A DNA stretch of 60,130 bases, the filler included. It is 3 parts of 3 records of this genome, joined end to end, with 100 filler letters (N's around TTAATTAATTAA, not from the genome) between each part and the next. Parts side by side here need not be neighbours in the genome. Positions count along the whole stretch, not along the records: positions 31,122 to 46,171 come from SRR31156797_3296; positions 46,272 to 60,130 come from SRR31156797_3299; 1 more part is not named here. The stretch is one strand, 5' to 3'. Of the stretch, positions 40,020 to 48,878 are shown piece after piece. Positions within the stretch are counted from its first letter, which is position 1; every line of letters begins with the position of its first letter. The notes beneath the pieces were generated by a model. The model was not told the origin of the DNA and searched no databases. It saw only the letters and a list, made by a program, of their open reading frames with translations. The translations under genes and the position numbers were made by a program.

Positions 40020-40066
40020 GAATAAATAGTTTCGTATTTGGCAAAATATAAAGACGGGAGAAAACA

Positions 40067-41203
40067 ATGGAAGAATTAAATATTAAACCATGTGCGTGTT
40101 CATCTGAACCCAAGGGGCTGAAGCCTCTGGGTATGAATTCTGAATCTGATGAGGTTGTTGAGGAACAGAGTAACCCTACACTGCCGATTAGCGGAAATGC
40201 GCTCTGGGCGGTAATGGCCGGAGCGTTGCTGCTCTGGTATGGACTCTATTCGCAGCTATTGCCATTCTCCAAGTATGCGGCCTTTGAATTATTCGGCCTT
40301 GTTCCGGGAAGTCACCTCGGTGAAGCCATACAATTCTTCATTTACGATACTCCCAAAGTGCTGATGCTGCTGGTGCTTGTTGTCTTTGGTATCGGCATTA
40401 TCCGTTCCTACGTAACCGTGGAGTGGACTCGAAAGGTGCTGGCCGGGAAACGAGAATCCTACGGTAATGTGCTTGCTGCCCTGCTCGGTGTTGTCACCCC
40501 GTTCTGTTCCTGTTCAGCAGTTCCTCTTTTTATCGGATTTGTGGCTGGCGAAGTTCCTTTGGGTGTGACTTTTTCTTTCCTGATTTCTGCTCCCATGGTT
40601 AATGAGGTGGCGTTGGTCCTGCTCTATGGGCTTATGGGCTGGAAAGTGGCAGTTCTGTATTTTGTTACAGGTATTTCTATCGCCATTGTGGCAGGTTGGG
40701 TTATCGGCAGACTGGGCATGGAGAAGCATGTTGAAGGCTGGGTAAAATTGGCTAGTGCTCAGAATAACGGTCCGCAGAATGGCATGAGCGTTGAGGACCG
40801 TGTTGTTTTCGGTCTTGATTCTGTTAAGGATATTGTGGGTAAGGTCTGGCTGTACGTTGTGGTCGGTATTGCAGCTGGGGCAGCCATCCACGGCTATGTT
40901 CCCGAAGACATGATGGCTTCTATTATGGGTAAAGGTGTTTGGTGGGCTGTTCCTGCTTCTGTTCTTCTGGGTATTCCCATGTACACAAATGCCGCCGGGG
41001 TTATTCCCATCGTCGATGCCCTGCTGGGCAAGGGGGCTGCTCTTGGAACAGTGCTCGCTTTTATGATGAGTGTGATAGCTCTTTCTTTTCCGGAGATGGT
41101 TATCCTGCGCAAGGTGCTTAAGCCGAAACTGATCGCTGTTTTTGTCGGGGTTGTGGCTTGCGGGATCCTTCTTGTGGGCTATCTCTTTAATATGATTATT
41201 TAG
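40067..41203 (+). CDS. ArsP-family (DUF318) permease
   Basis: FFIYDTPK, TPFCSCSAVPLF, SAPMVNE, GIPMY, ALSFPE motifs. Confidence 0.9.
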   Translation: MEELNIKPCACSSEPKGLKPLGMNSESDEVVEEQSNPTLPISGNALWAVMAGALLLWYGLYSQLLPFSKYAAFELFGLVPGSHLGEAIQFFIYDTPKVLMLLVLVVFGIGIIRSYVTVEWTRKVLAGKRESYGNVLAALLGVVTPFCSCSAVPLFIGFVAGEVPLGVTFSFLISAPMVNEVALVLLYGLMGWKVAVLYFVTGISIAIVAGWVIGRLGMEKHVEGWVKLASAQNNGPQNGMSVEDRVVFGLDSVKDIVGKVWLYVVVGIAAGAAIHGYVPEDMMASIMGKGVWWAVPASVLLGIPMYTNAAGVIPIVDALLGKGAALGTVLAFMMSVIALSFPEMVILRKVLKPKLIAVFVGVVACGILLVGYLFNMII

Positions 41204-41224
41204 TGTGATCTAAATTGTTTTTGT

Positions 41225-41267
41225 CAGCCGCACGGCCCCATCGGGCAGTGCGGCTGTTTTCTTTTTT
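41225..41267 (+). terminator. Rho-independent terminator
   Basis: CAGCCGCAC / GTGCGGCTG stem with inner GCCC/GGGC, followed by T-rich tract. Confidence 0.75.
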
Positions 41268-41331
41268 GGCTTTTTTCTATGGCGGGAGTTGTGTTATCGT
41301 TGATACGGAACATCTTCTTGGGAGGTATTGC

Positions 41332-41751
41332 ATGATAGATGAAGAATATGAAACCGGTTTTATGGTCGTCAGTTGTTCCGGCGGATCTGGTTCAGGTCAG
41401 GCTGCCAACAGTCTGGCGGTGGAGTTAAACAGGAGTGGTTTTGCAAAGATGGTCTGCCTTGCTGGGATCGGCGCCGGACTTGATGAGTGCGTAGAAGAAG
41501 CAGGTAAGGTGAGGGATCTCATTGTTATTGACGGTTGTGAAAAGGGCTGTTCCCAGATCATGTTGAGAAAAATGGGCATTGAACCTGTGCATACCTTTTG
41601 CTTGACCAAGATGGGAGTGGAATGTCCAGTTAATGAAGTTAATCCTGCCATGTTGGAAGAGTTGCGCAAGAAGATAAAATTATTGTTTGGGCAGCAACGG
41701 GCAGATTCAAAGTATGCAGTGTGCGGGTGCGATACCTGTGTCAGGGAATAA
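41332..41751 (+). CDS. Putative zinc-binding protein (DGC motif family)
   Basis: SCSGGS, MVCLAGIG, VIDGCEKGC, C-terminal CGCDTC. GGAGG RBS. Confidence 0.82.
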   Translation: MIDEEYETGFMVVSCSGGSGSGQAANSLAVELNRSGFAKMVCLAGIGAGLDECVEEAGKVRDLIVIDGCEKGCSQIMLRKMGIEPVHTFCLTKMGVECPVNEVNPAMLEELRKKIKLLFGQQRADSKYAVCGCDTCVRE

Positions 41752-41852
41752 AAGTATGACTTTACAAAATAATAATAGATCAAAACTAGCGATGTGATAG
41801 TTGTGAGGTTAGGCTTAACCTTTTTTTTTGATATAGCAGGAATCGGGAAGTT

Positions 41853-43091
41853 GTGAGTAGAGTTCTTATATTGGAGCCAAGTAAGGCTACGGCTAAGTTT
41901 ATTCGGGCTACTCTCTTGAAGGCGGGATTTGAGTGTGACATTGCCTATTCTTTTGATAGTGCGCAGAAATTGATTGCCGTAAATGAATATTTTGTCGGGC
42001 TGAGCAGCATGCTGCTTGATGATGCCGAGTACAGTATGGGTATAGATCTGTTGCTTGAGAACAGGATTCCTGCCATTGCAGTCACTGCATCTTTGGATGA
42101 GCAGGCTCTGAGTACTTTGGCGAAAAAGAGTATTGTGGATTACGTACTCAAGAAGTCTGATCAGGCGGAGTATATTGCCCGTATCGTCAACCGGGTTTAC
42201 AATAATCAGGGGATCAAGGTTCTGGTGGTTGATGATTCCACTTCTGTGCGGGACTGGATTGCCCGAATTCTTAAACGGCAGGGCCTGACTGTATTGCAGG
42301 CTGAAAACGGGGCTACTGCAAGCAAGGTCTTTTATAAAAATAGTGATATCAAGCTGATTCTGACCGACTATAATATGCCGGAGATGGATGGGCTTGAACT
42401 TACCGCGCACCTGCGTTCCATCCGTTCTATGGATGAACTGAGTATTATTGTTCTTTCTTCAGATACAAAATCCCGTACAGCACCGCTCTTCCTCAAGCAG
42501 GGGGCTAATGATTTTATTCAGAAGACCGCTTCTGTTGAAGAGATTCTCTGCCGTGTAAACTCCAACCTTGAATTTCTCGAGTTAATTCAAGCTTCCCGCG
42601 ATCGTGCTAACAAAGATTTTCTTACCGGACTGTGGAACAGGAGATACTTTTTTGAGCATGGCACTCCCCTTTACGAGCAATCAATTGTCGGAGGGAGTGA
42701 GCTTTGTGTGGTCATGCTTGATATCGACCATTTTAAAATGGTTAATGACACATACGGGCATGATGCCGGGGATGAAGTCTTAAAGGCGTTTTCCGCATTG
42801 TTGGCGGAATATGTAGGTGATGCCGGACTGGTTTCAAGGTTTGGTGGAGAAGAATTTACGGTTCTTCTTGATGAAATTCAGGCAGATGAACTTTCTGATT
42901 TTCTTGAAGATTTTAGGGAACAGGTTGAGCGTTTTTCTGTGGACTTCAAGGGGCAGGTGATAAAACTTACTGTCTCTATCGGGGCCACGGTAAATATGGA
43001 TGAATCCCTTACTGCAATGTTAAGCCGTGCTGATGACAAGCTTTATGAGGCCAAAAGAACAGGAAGGAATAAAGTCCTTTGTGATTGGTAA
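41853..43091 (+). CDS. pseudoREC-REC-GGDEF diguanylate cyclase
   Basis: Second REC VLVVDDS..LILTDYNMPEMDG, DFLTGLWNRR, DIDHFK, RFGGEEF. Confidence 0.93.
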   Translation: MSRVLILEPSKATAKFIRATLLKAGFECDIAYSFDSAQKLIAVNEYFVGLSSMLLDDAEYSMGIDLLLENRIPAIAVTASLDEQALSTLAKKSIVDYVLKKSDQAEYIARIVNRVYNNQGIKVLVVDDSTSVRDWIARILKRQGLTVLQAENGATASKVFYKNSDIKLILTDYNMPEMDGLELTAHLRSIRSMDELSIIVLSSDTKSRTAPLFLKQGANDFIQKTASVEEILCRVNSNLEFLELIQASRDRANKDFLTGLWNRRYFFEHGTPLYEQSIVGGSELCVVMLDIDHFKMVNDTYGHDAGDEVLKAFSALLAEYVGDAGLVSRFGGEEFTVLLDEIQADELSDFLEDFREQVERFSVDFKGQVIKLTVSIGATVNMDESLTAMLSRADDKLYEAKRTGRNKVLCDW

Positions 43092-43117
43092 CGGAATCTT
43101 TTTTCTGTATTTAAATG

Positions 43118-43148
43118 ATCCGGCACGTTTCTCGTGCCGGATTTTTTT
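43118..43148 (+). terminator. Rho-independent terminator
   Basis: ATCCGGCACG / CGTGCCGGAT perfect 10-bp stem followed by T run. Confidence 0.85.
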
Positions 43149-43249
43149 GTGCAATGGTTTTGAAAATTGACTTTGAATCGCTGTTGTTGTGCGCTATACT
43201 TTGTATAATGAGTGATAACGCCTAAATGGTTCAAGCAAAGGGGGAGACC

Positions 43250-43552
43250 ATGTTGCCAATGAAGGATTTTTTTAAGACCGATGAAATCGTGAACCTTGCT
43301 GAAGAGATAGTATATGATGAGTTACAGGCACTTATCGGGCGGGCGGAAATCGAGTTTTGTCAATGTGACAAGTGTCTGTTTGATATTGTCTGTGTGGTTT
43401 TGAATAAGATTCCGAGTTTGTATTCTTCCAGTGTTGTGGACCGTACTTATCCCAGCAAAGACTTCAAAGCTGAATATGATAATTTAAAGTTGCTGGCTGC
43501 AGCTGAGATTCCGTTGGCAATTGAGCAGATCAGGGACAGATTACATCATTAG
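43250..43552 (+). CDS. ComFB family protein
   Basis: NLAEEIV, FCQCDKCLFDIVCVVLNKIPSLY, C-terminal RLHH pattern of ComFB. GGAG RBS. Confidence 0.85.
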   Translation: MLPMKDFFKTDEIVNLAEEIVYDELQALIGRAEIEFCQCDKCLFDIVCVVLNKIPSLYSSSVVDRTYPSKDFKAEYDNLKLLAAAEIPLAIEQIRDRLHH

Positions 43553-43699
43553 TTTCTTAAGTTCGATACATAATAATTTACTTTTTTTTGAAATAGTAAT
43601 CGGTTAATGTCTCCTTACTTTTTATTATAAACGTGATTGGGAGTGGATTACTGTTTCAAGGGTAGTCCCTTTCATCGAAATATTACTCAGGGGGAATTT

Positions 43700-44878
43700 G
43701 TGAAATCATTTTTTCGTGCGGTTGCTGAATTGAGAGCATCCGTTGTTTTTCTTTTTGTCCTGCTGACCATGTCGGTTGTTTTGGGCGGATGTTTTGGTGA
43801 TGAAAAAGAGGAGCAGGCGGCAGCTAAAGCCATGCCTGTGAAAGTTATCAAAGTTACAGAACATCAGTTTCCTGTGATGGGAGAATATGTTGCCCAGATC
43901 GAAGCTTTGAAGACCGTAGATATCAAAGCCCGGGTGCAAGGACATATTAAGGAAAGACTGTTTAACGAGGGGCAGAAGGTTAAGAATGGTCAACTTCTTT
44001 TCATAATTGATCCCCGTCCATACAATGAAGCCCTGAAAAAAGCTGAGGCTGAACTTGCCAGTACTAGGGCTACTCTTGCCAAGGCTAAGAAGGATTACAA
44101 GCGGTTCAAGGCTCTTTTTGATCAAGGTGCGGTCAGTCGCGAAGAGTTTGATTCCAAGATTACCGACAAGCAGGTGCTTGAGGCTAACGTCAGTAACGCC
44201 AAGGCACAGGTGGAACAGGCCAATCTGGACTTGGGATTTACTCAGATTAAGTCTCCCATGGACGGAATTATCGGTAGAACTCAAGTGGAGCCGGGAACTC
44301 TTGTTGCTGCTGAAGCAACAATTCTGGCAACGGTTTCTGCCGTGGACCCTGTTTATGTTAATTTCAGTATTCCTGAAAAGGAATATCTTGTAGCCATCCG
44401 TGAAATAGAGGCTAACAGGAAAGCAGGTAAGCCAGAGAGGGGGTCTAATCTTCAGATAATTCTGGCTGACGGCGGCTACTATGATTATAACGGTACCTTC
44501 AACATGGCTGACCGTGCCGTGGATTCTTCTACCGGGACCCTCGGTATTCGGGCTGAATTTCCCAACCCGGAAAGGATTCTGCGTGATGGTCAGTATGCCA
44601 AGGTTGTGGTTTGTCTTAAAGATTACCCCAGTGCATTGGTTGTTCCCACAAGGGCTCTGCTTGATGTTCAGGGACGTAAATCTTTGCTGACCGTTGCTAA
44701 CGGTACTGTAGTCGAAAAGCCGGTAACCATTGATTATACTGATGACCGTAACACAGTTATCAAATCCGGAATCGAGTCCGGGACTCTGATTATTGCTGAC
44801 GGCGTGAACAGGATTCGCCCCGGAACTCCGGTCAGCCCCGAAATCTCGCAAGAAAGCTCCAAAATTAAGAAACAATAA
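43700..44878 (+). CDS. RND efflux periplasmic adaptor (AcrA-like lipoprotein)
   Basis: LGGC lipobox, VDIKARVQG, LFIIDPRPY, IKSPMDG, RAEFPNP. Confidence 0.93.
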   Translation: MKSFFRAVAELRASVVFLFVLLTMSVVLGGCFGDEKEEQAAAKAMPVKVIKVTEHQFPVMGEYVAQIEALKTVDIKARVQGHIKERLFNEGQKVKNGQLLFIIDPRPYNEALKKAEAELASTRATLAKAKKDYKRFKALFDQGAVSREEFDSKITDKQVLEANVSNAKAQVEQANLDLGFTQIKSPMDGIIGRTQVEPGTLVAAEATILATVSAVDPVYVNFSIPEKEYLVAIREIEANRKAGKPERGSNLQIILADGGYYDYNGTFNMADRAVDSSTGTLGIRAEFPNPERILRDGQYAKVVVCLKDYPSALVVPTRALLDVQGRKSLLTVANGTVVEKPVTIDYTDDRNTVIKSGIESGTLIIADGVNRIRPGTPVSPEISQESSKIKKQ

Positions 44879-44896
44879 TCCCATTTAATACAGTAA

Positions 44897-44920
44897 ATCT
44901 CCCCGCATAAGCGGGGAGAT
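44897..44920 (+). other. Intercistronic hairpin in the RND operon
   Basis: ATCTCCCCGC-ATAA-GCGGGGAGAT perfect 10-bp stem between adaptor and permease genes. Confidence 0.6.
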
Positions 44921-44940
44921 AATTTTTCGCAGGAAGAACC

Positions 44941-46171
44941 ATGGTCAATTTCTTTATCGACAGACCCATTTTCTCGTCCGTTATCTCCATCATTATTACA
45001 ATGGTGGGCTTGCTGAGTATTTTTACCCTGCCTATTGCCCAGTATCCTGAGATCGCACCGCCTACGGTACAGATTGCGGCCCAGTACACCGGAGCAAGTG
45101 CGGATGTTGTGGAACAAACTGTTGCGGCCCCCATTGAGGAGCAGGTCAACGGTGCGCAGGATATGCTTTACATGAACTCTATCAGTTCCAACGACGGACG
45201 CATGGTGCTCAACGTCACCTTTGATCTGGGGCGTGATCTTGAGCTGGCTACTGTTGATGTTCAGAACAGGGTAAGTCTTGCTAGTCCTCAGCTTCCAGCC
45301 GAGGTTACCAAGTCCGGGGTAAGTGTTAAGAAACAATCCCCGAGCATGATCTGTGTCATCAGCCTGCTTTCCCCTGATGGAACTTATGATTCCTTATTTC
45401 TCAACAACTACGCCAAGATCAATCTTTTCGATGCCATTTCCCGTATCCCTGGTGTGGGTAGTGTAACTCTTTTCGGTGATCAGGATTACGGTATGCGTCT
45501 CTGGCTGGACCCGGATAAGATGGCCCGGCTGGCGATTACTGCTGATGATATCATAGCCGCTGTACAGGAGCAGAATTTACAGGCTCCGGCAGGGCAGGTC
45601 GGGCAGCCCCCGGCTTCTTCCGGGCAGCAGTTCCAGCTGACTGTAAGGGTTAAAGGGCGCCTCAGTGAACCTGATGAGTTTGGCAATATCATCGTTAAGG
45701 CCAACCCGGACGGAAGTACCGTTCACATCCGTGATGTAGCCCGGGTGGAAATGGGCTCCAAATCTTATTCCGCTTTCGGTAGACAGGGCAAAAGTGACGC
45801 CGCCATGCTGCTGGTTTACCAGCTTCCCGGTGCGAACGCCCTTGATATTGTGGAACATGTCCGTTCCACCATGAAGGAACTCTCCGGCTATTTCCCGACC
45901 GGTATGCAATATGACATTCCTTACGATACCACTCTGTTCGTAACCGCCTCCATCGACGAGGTTATGGATACCCTTTATGAGGCCATGGCCCTCGTATTTA
46001 TCGTGGTTTTTATCTTTTTGCAGAACCTGCGGGCTACCATCGTACCCATGATTGCGGTCCCGGTTTCACTGGTCGGTACCTTTGCCTTTTTTCAGGTTCT
46101 GGGATTCTCCATCAACACCCTGACCCTTTTCGGGATGGTTTTGGCCATCGGTATTGTTGTTGATGACGCCA
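44941..46171 (+). CDS. RND efflux permease (HAE1/AcrB family), 3'-truncated by gap
   Basis: FFIDRPIFS, LPIAQYPEIAPP, SINTLTLFGMVLAIGIVVDDA. Confidence 0.95.
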
Positions 46172-46271
46172 NNNNNNNNNNNNNNNNNNNNNNNNNNNNN
46201 NNNNNNNNNNNNNNNTTAATTAATTAANNNNNNNNNNNNNNNNNNNNNNNNNNNNNNNNNNNNNNNNNNNN
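46172..46271. other. Artificial contig spacer
   Basis: N run containing TTAATTAATTAA at 46216-46227, same design as the first spacer. Confidence 0.98.
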
Positions 46272-46484
46272 ATATTTAAACTGGTATTCTTTACCCGTTT
46301 CAAGGTTAAATGTTTGAGTAAAATCACCACTTTTTAGTTTATTCATCGGTTTGGTGTCTTTATCCCACTCGTTAAATTCTCCAACAATTTTAATTGAATC
46401 AGCATCTTGTGCTTCTGCTTTTGTTACTCTGAAAGTTAGCTTACATTCAGGTTTGCTTTTTAAATATTGCTTCTTAATACTCAT
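46272..46484 (-). CDS. Isoamylase early-set (CBM48-like) domain protein, 3'-truncated
   Basis: MSIKKQYLKSKPECKLTF, IVGEFNEWD, MNKLKSGDF, LETGKEYQFKY. Confidence 0.88.
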
Positions 46485-46505
46485 AGTTCTTTTTGTTTTT
46501 GAGAT

Positions 46506-46655
46506 GCAGATTGGTCTGCTATACGTCAATCTTCAGAAATATTTACGGTTTTCTCCTTATTCACGATAAGGCCCTAAAACAAATATAGTGGAACAATCTC
46601 AGCTATCCGGCGCCTGACAGGGAGCTTGTTATCTTCTAATTGTCAATCTAGCGTA
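46506..46655 (-). ncRNA. Candidate structured leader RNA (family not recognised)
   Basis: Hand-folded nested stems forming a three-way junction plus a small hairpin, downstream of a TACATTTG promoter element at 46745-46752. Confidence 0.4.
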
Positions 46656-46937
46656 ACTAATCTGAATCGTTTTTAATTCAATTTTTATTCTCGAGTTTTA
46701 GTATTCCCGGTTCGGGATGATGTTTGCTTTTTTGGTTTACCAATCAAATGTATGATATTAACATTGATTAACATATGCAGGATAGATGATATATCTCATT
46801 ATTTAACACTGAGATAAGAAATAAAACGAAACTATCTTATTGTAAATCACACATATTCGGGCAAAGGAATTTTCATGTTTTTTGTTGAAAACAGAATATA
46901 TGAATGTAGCTTGTTTGCTTTAAAACGTTCCAATATT

Positions 46938-47726
46938 TTATTTTCGAAACAATTTAACAGTTTCTATTAATTTTTTAACCCGTTTAGACTCCACCGTATT
47001 TTCCCAATTTCCATCCAACTTAAATGAGGAACCAATTATAAAGCCATCGGCGTGTTCCCAGTAATTCCTGATATTGGTCTCGTCTATTCCTGACCCAATA
47101 AGTACCGGCACCTTAACTGCGTTTTTTACGGCTATCACCTCTTTAACCGACGTAATCTCACCTGTTGCATTACCAGTTACAATTACACCATCTGAGAGGA
47201 AAAATTCAGCAGCCTTTGCCGTTTCTTCAATCGTAATATCAGAAGAAATAGAATGGGAAGAGTGTTTCTTTTTTACATCGGTATAAATTTTAATATTGCC
47301 GGCTCCAATTTGTTTACGGTAGCGAAGCAATTCTCCGGCATCGCTGTTCATCATGCCTTCATCAGCCAGGTGTCCAAACACATATCCTTCAGCACGGATA
47401 AAATTAAAATCTGCAGCAAGTGCTACAGCTAATGCTTCTTTGTTGGCACCAGCCAGAATTTGTATTCCGAGTGGTAAAGAAACGGTATTCCGCAGTGCAC
47501 AGGCCACAGCAGTCATGGTTGCAACAATCTCCGGACCAACCTTTTTGTTTAGGTAAGGACGGTCCTGCATGTTTTCCATCATTATTGCATCAACTCCTTC
47601 CTTTTCAAGGATTTTTGCATCTGAAACCGCACTATTAATTAACTGATCAACCGACTGATTGTTTTTTGGTGTTCCGGGTAAAGCACCAATATGTACCATC
47701 CCGATTATTGATTTCTTTAATTTCAT
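46938..47726 (-). CDS. BtpA/SgcQ family TIM-barrel protein
   Basis: IIGMVHIGALPGTP, MENMQDRPY, FIRAE, DVKKKHS, DGVIVTGNATG, IGSG. Confidence 0.93.
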   Translation of the reverse strand: MKLKKSIIGMVHIGALPGTPKNNQSVDQLINSAVSDAKILEKEGVDAIMMENMQDRPYLNKKVGPEIVATMTAVACALRNTVSLPLGIQILAGANKEALAVALAADFNFIRAEGYVFGHLADEGMMNSDAGELLRYRKQIGAGNIKIYTDVKKKHSSHSISSDITIEETAKAAEFFLSDGVIVTGNATGEITSVKEVIAVKNAVKVPVLIGSGIDETNIRNYWEHADGFIIGSSFKLDGNWENTVESKRVKKLIETVKLFRK

Positions 47727-48028
47727 TTGTAAATAAATTCTTTAATGCATAATAAATCAGTACCTAAAAGTAAGTAGGGGATTAATTCTGCTCCTGGCAG
47801 ATGGAGCCCGCTTGATTAAGATGTTTATTCCCTTTTGTGTGGGTTTTAATAAAATTATTTTGCTCCACATACTCGTTTCATTGTTTTATTTTGAAGATGT
47901 TTAAAGATACAGAATAATGGAAATAGAAAAGGCATACCATTTTTGACTTGTACAGGATAAAAGGTGTTGCAAAATTCAGTTGGGAATTTGTAATTTTACC
48001 ACCGGTTTAAACCTAAATCTAATTAGAA

Positions 48029-48742
48029 ATGAAAAACTTGGTCTATTTGTTAATCGTATCCGTTTTTACCCTGTTTTTTTCCTGTTCACACACTAAAAGC
48101 AATAAATTGAATGTATTAACAAAAAAGGAAATTGATGAAGGGTGGGAGTTGCTCTTTGATGGTACTACGCTTGAAAACTGGAAAACATTTAATGCCGGAG
48201 AGGTAACCGGTTGGAAAATAGTTGAAGGGATAATGCATAATTCGGGTGACGGTTCCGATCATGGCGGCGATATTATTACAAAAAAACAATACACCAATTT
48301 TGAACTTTACCTGGAGTGGAAAATTGCACCGGAGAGTAACTCAGGTATATTTTTTCATGTTCAGGAAGGATTAACCAATGCTATTTATGAAAGCGGACCG
48401 GAGTATCAGCTTTTAGACGATAAAGGGTGGCCAACAAAATTAGAAGATCATCAATATTCAGGAGCGAACTATGCAATGCATGTTCCGCAAAATGCCCACG
48501 TAAAACCAATTGATGAATGGAACACCACCCGCATTATCGTGAATGGGCCAAAAGTAGAACACTGGCTTAATGGGGTAAAAATTCTTGAATATGAGCTTTG
48601 GACTGATGAGTGGTATAACTTAAAGAATAAAGGGAAATGGGCTGAAATGCCAGAATATGGTATGGCTAAAACTGGTCATATAGGTTTGCAGGACCATGGA
48701 GGATTAACTATGTTCCGAAATATGAAAATTCGTGAACTTTAG
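48029..48742 (+). CDS. DUF1080 (3-keto-disaccharide hydrolase family) lipoprotein
   Basis: Lipobox FFSC, GWELLFDG, NSGIFF, GPEYQLLD, GHIGLQDHG, FRNMKIREL. Confidence 0.9.
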   Translation: MKNLVYLLIVSVFTLFFSCSHTKSNKLNVLTKKEIDEGWELLFDGTTLENWKTFNAGEVTGWKIVEGIMHNSGDGSDHGGDIITKKQYTNFELYLEWKIAPESNSGIFFHVQEGLTNAIYESGPEYQLLDDKGWPTKLEDHQYSGANYAMHVPQNAHVKPIDEWNTTRIIVNGPKVEHWLNGVKILEYELWTDEWYNLKNKGKWAEMPEYGMAKTGHIGLQDHGGLTMFRNMKIREL

Positions 48743-48878
48743 AATATAATAGCGGTTAGGGCTGTAATTAGATTGAATTATAATCTGAAAGTATCTAAAG
48801 AGGAGTGACTCTTCTGTTTTAATAGCTCTGTTTTTGCTGAGACTTTTCTTCTATCTTTGCCGCAATAAATCTTAAACT

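Noticed and set aside
39651-41751. Selenocysteine read-through in the Cys-rich ars cluster
   Set aside because: All three ORFs are intact with Cys codons and end in TAA/TAG. No in-frame TGA needs recoding.
41397-42410. 337-aa minus-strand ORF
   Set aside because: Overlaps two well-supported plus-strand genes. Antisense shadow.
43706-44884. 392-aa minus-strand ORF
   Set aside because: Mirrors the RND adaptor gene. Explained by codon bias.
44941-46529. ORF-track calls 44941-46227 and 46224-46529 as complete genes
   Set aside because: Both run into the N spacer and stop in the linker. The real genes are truncated.
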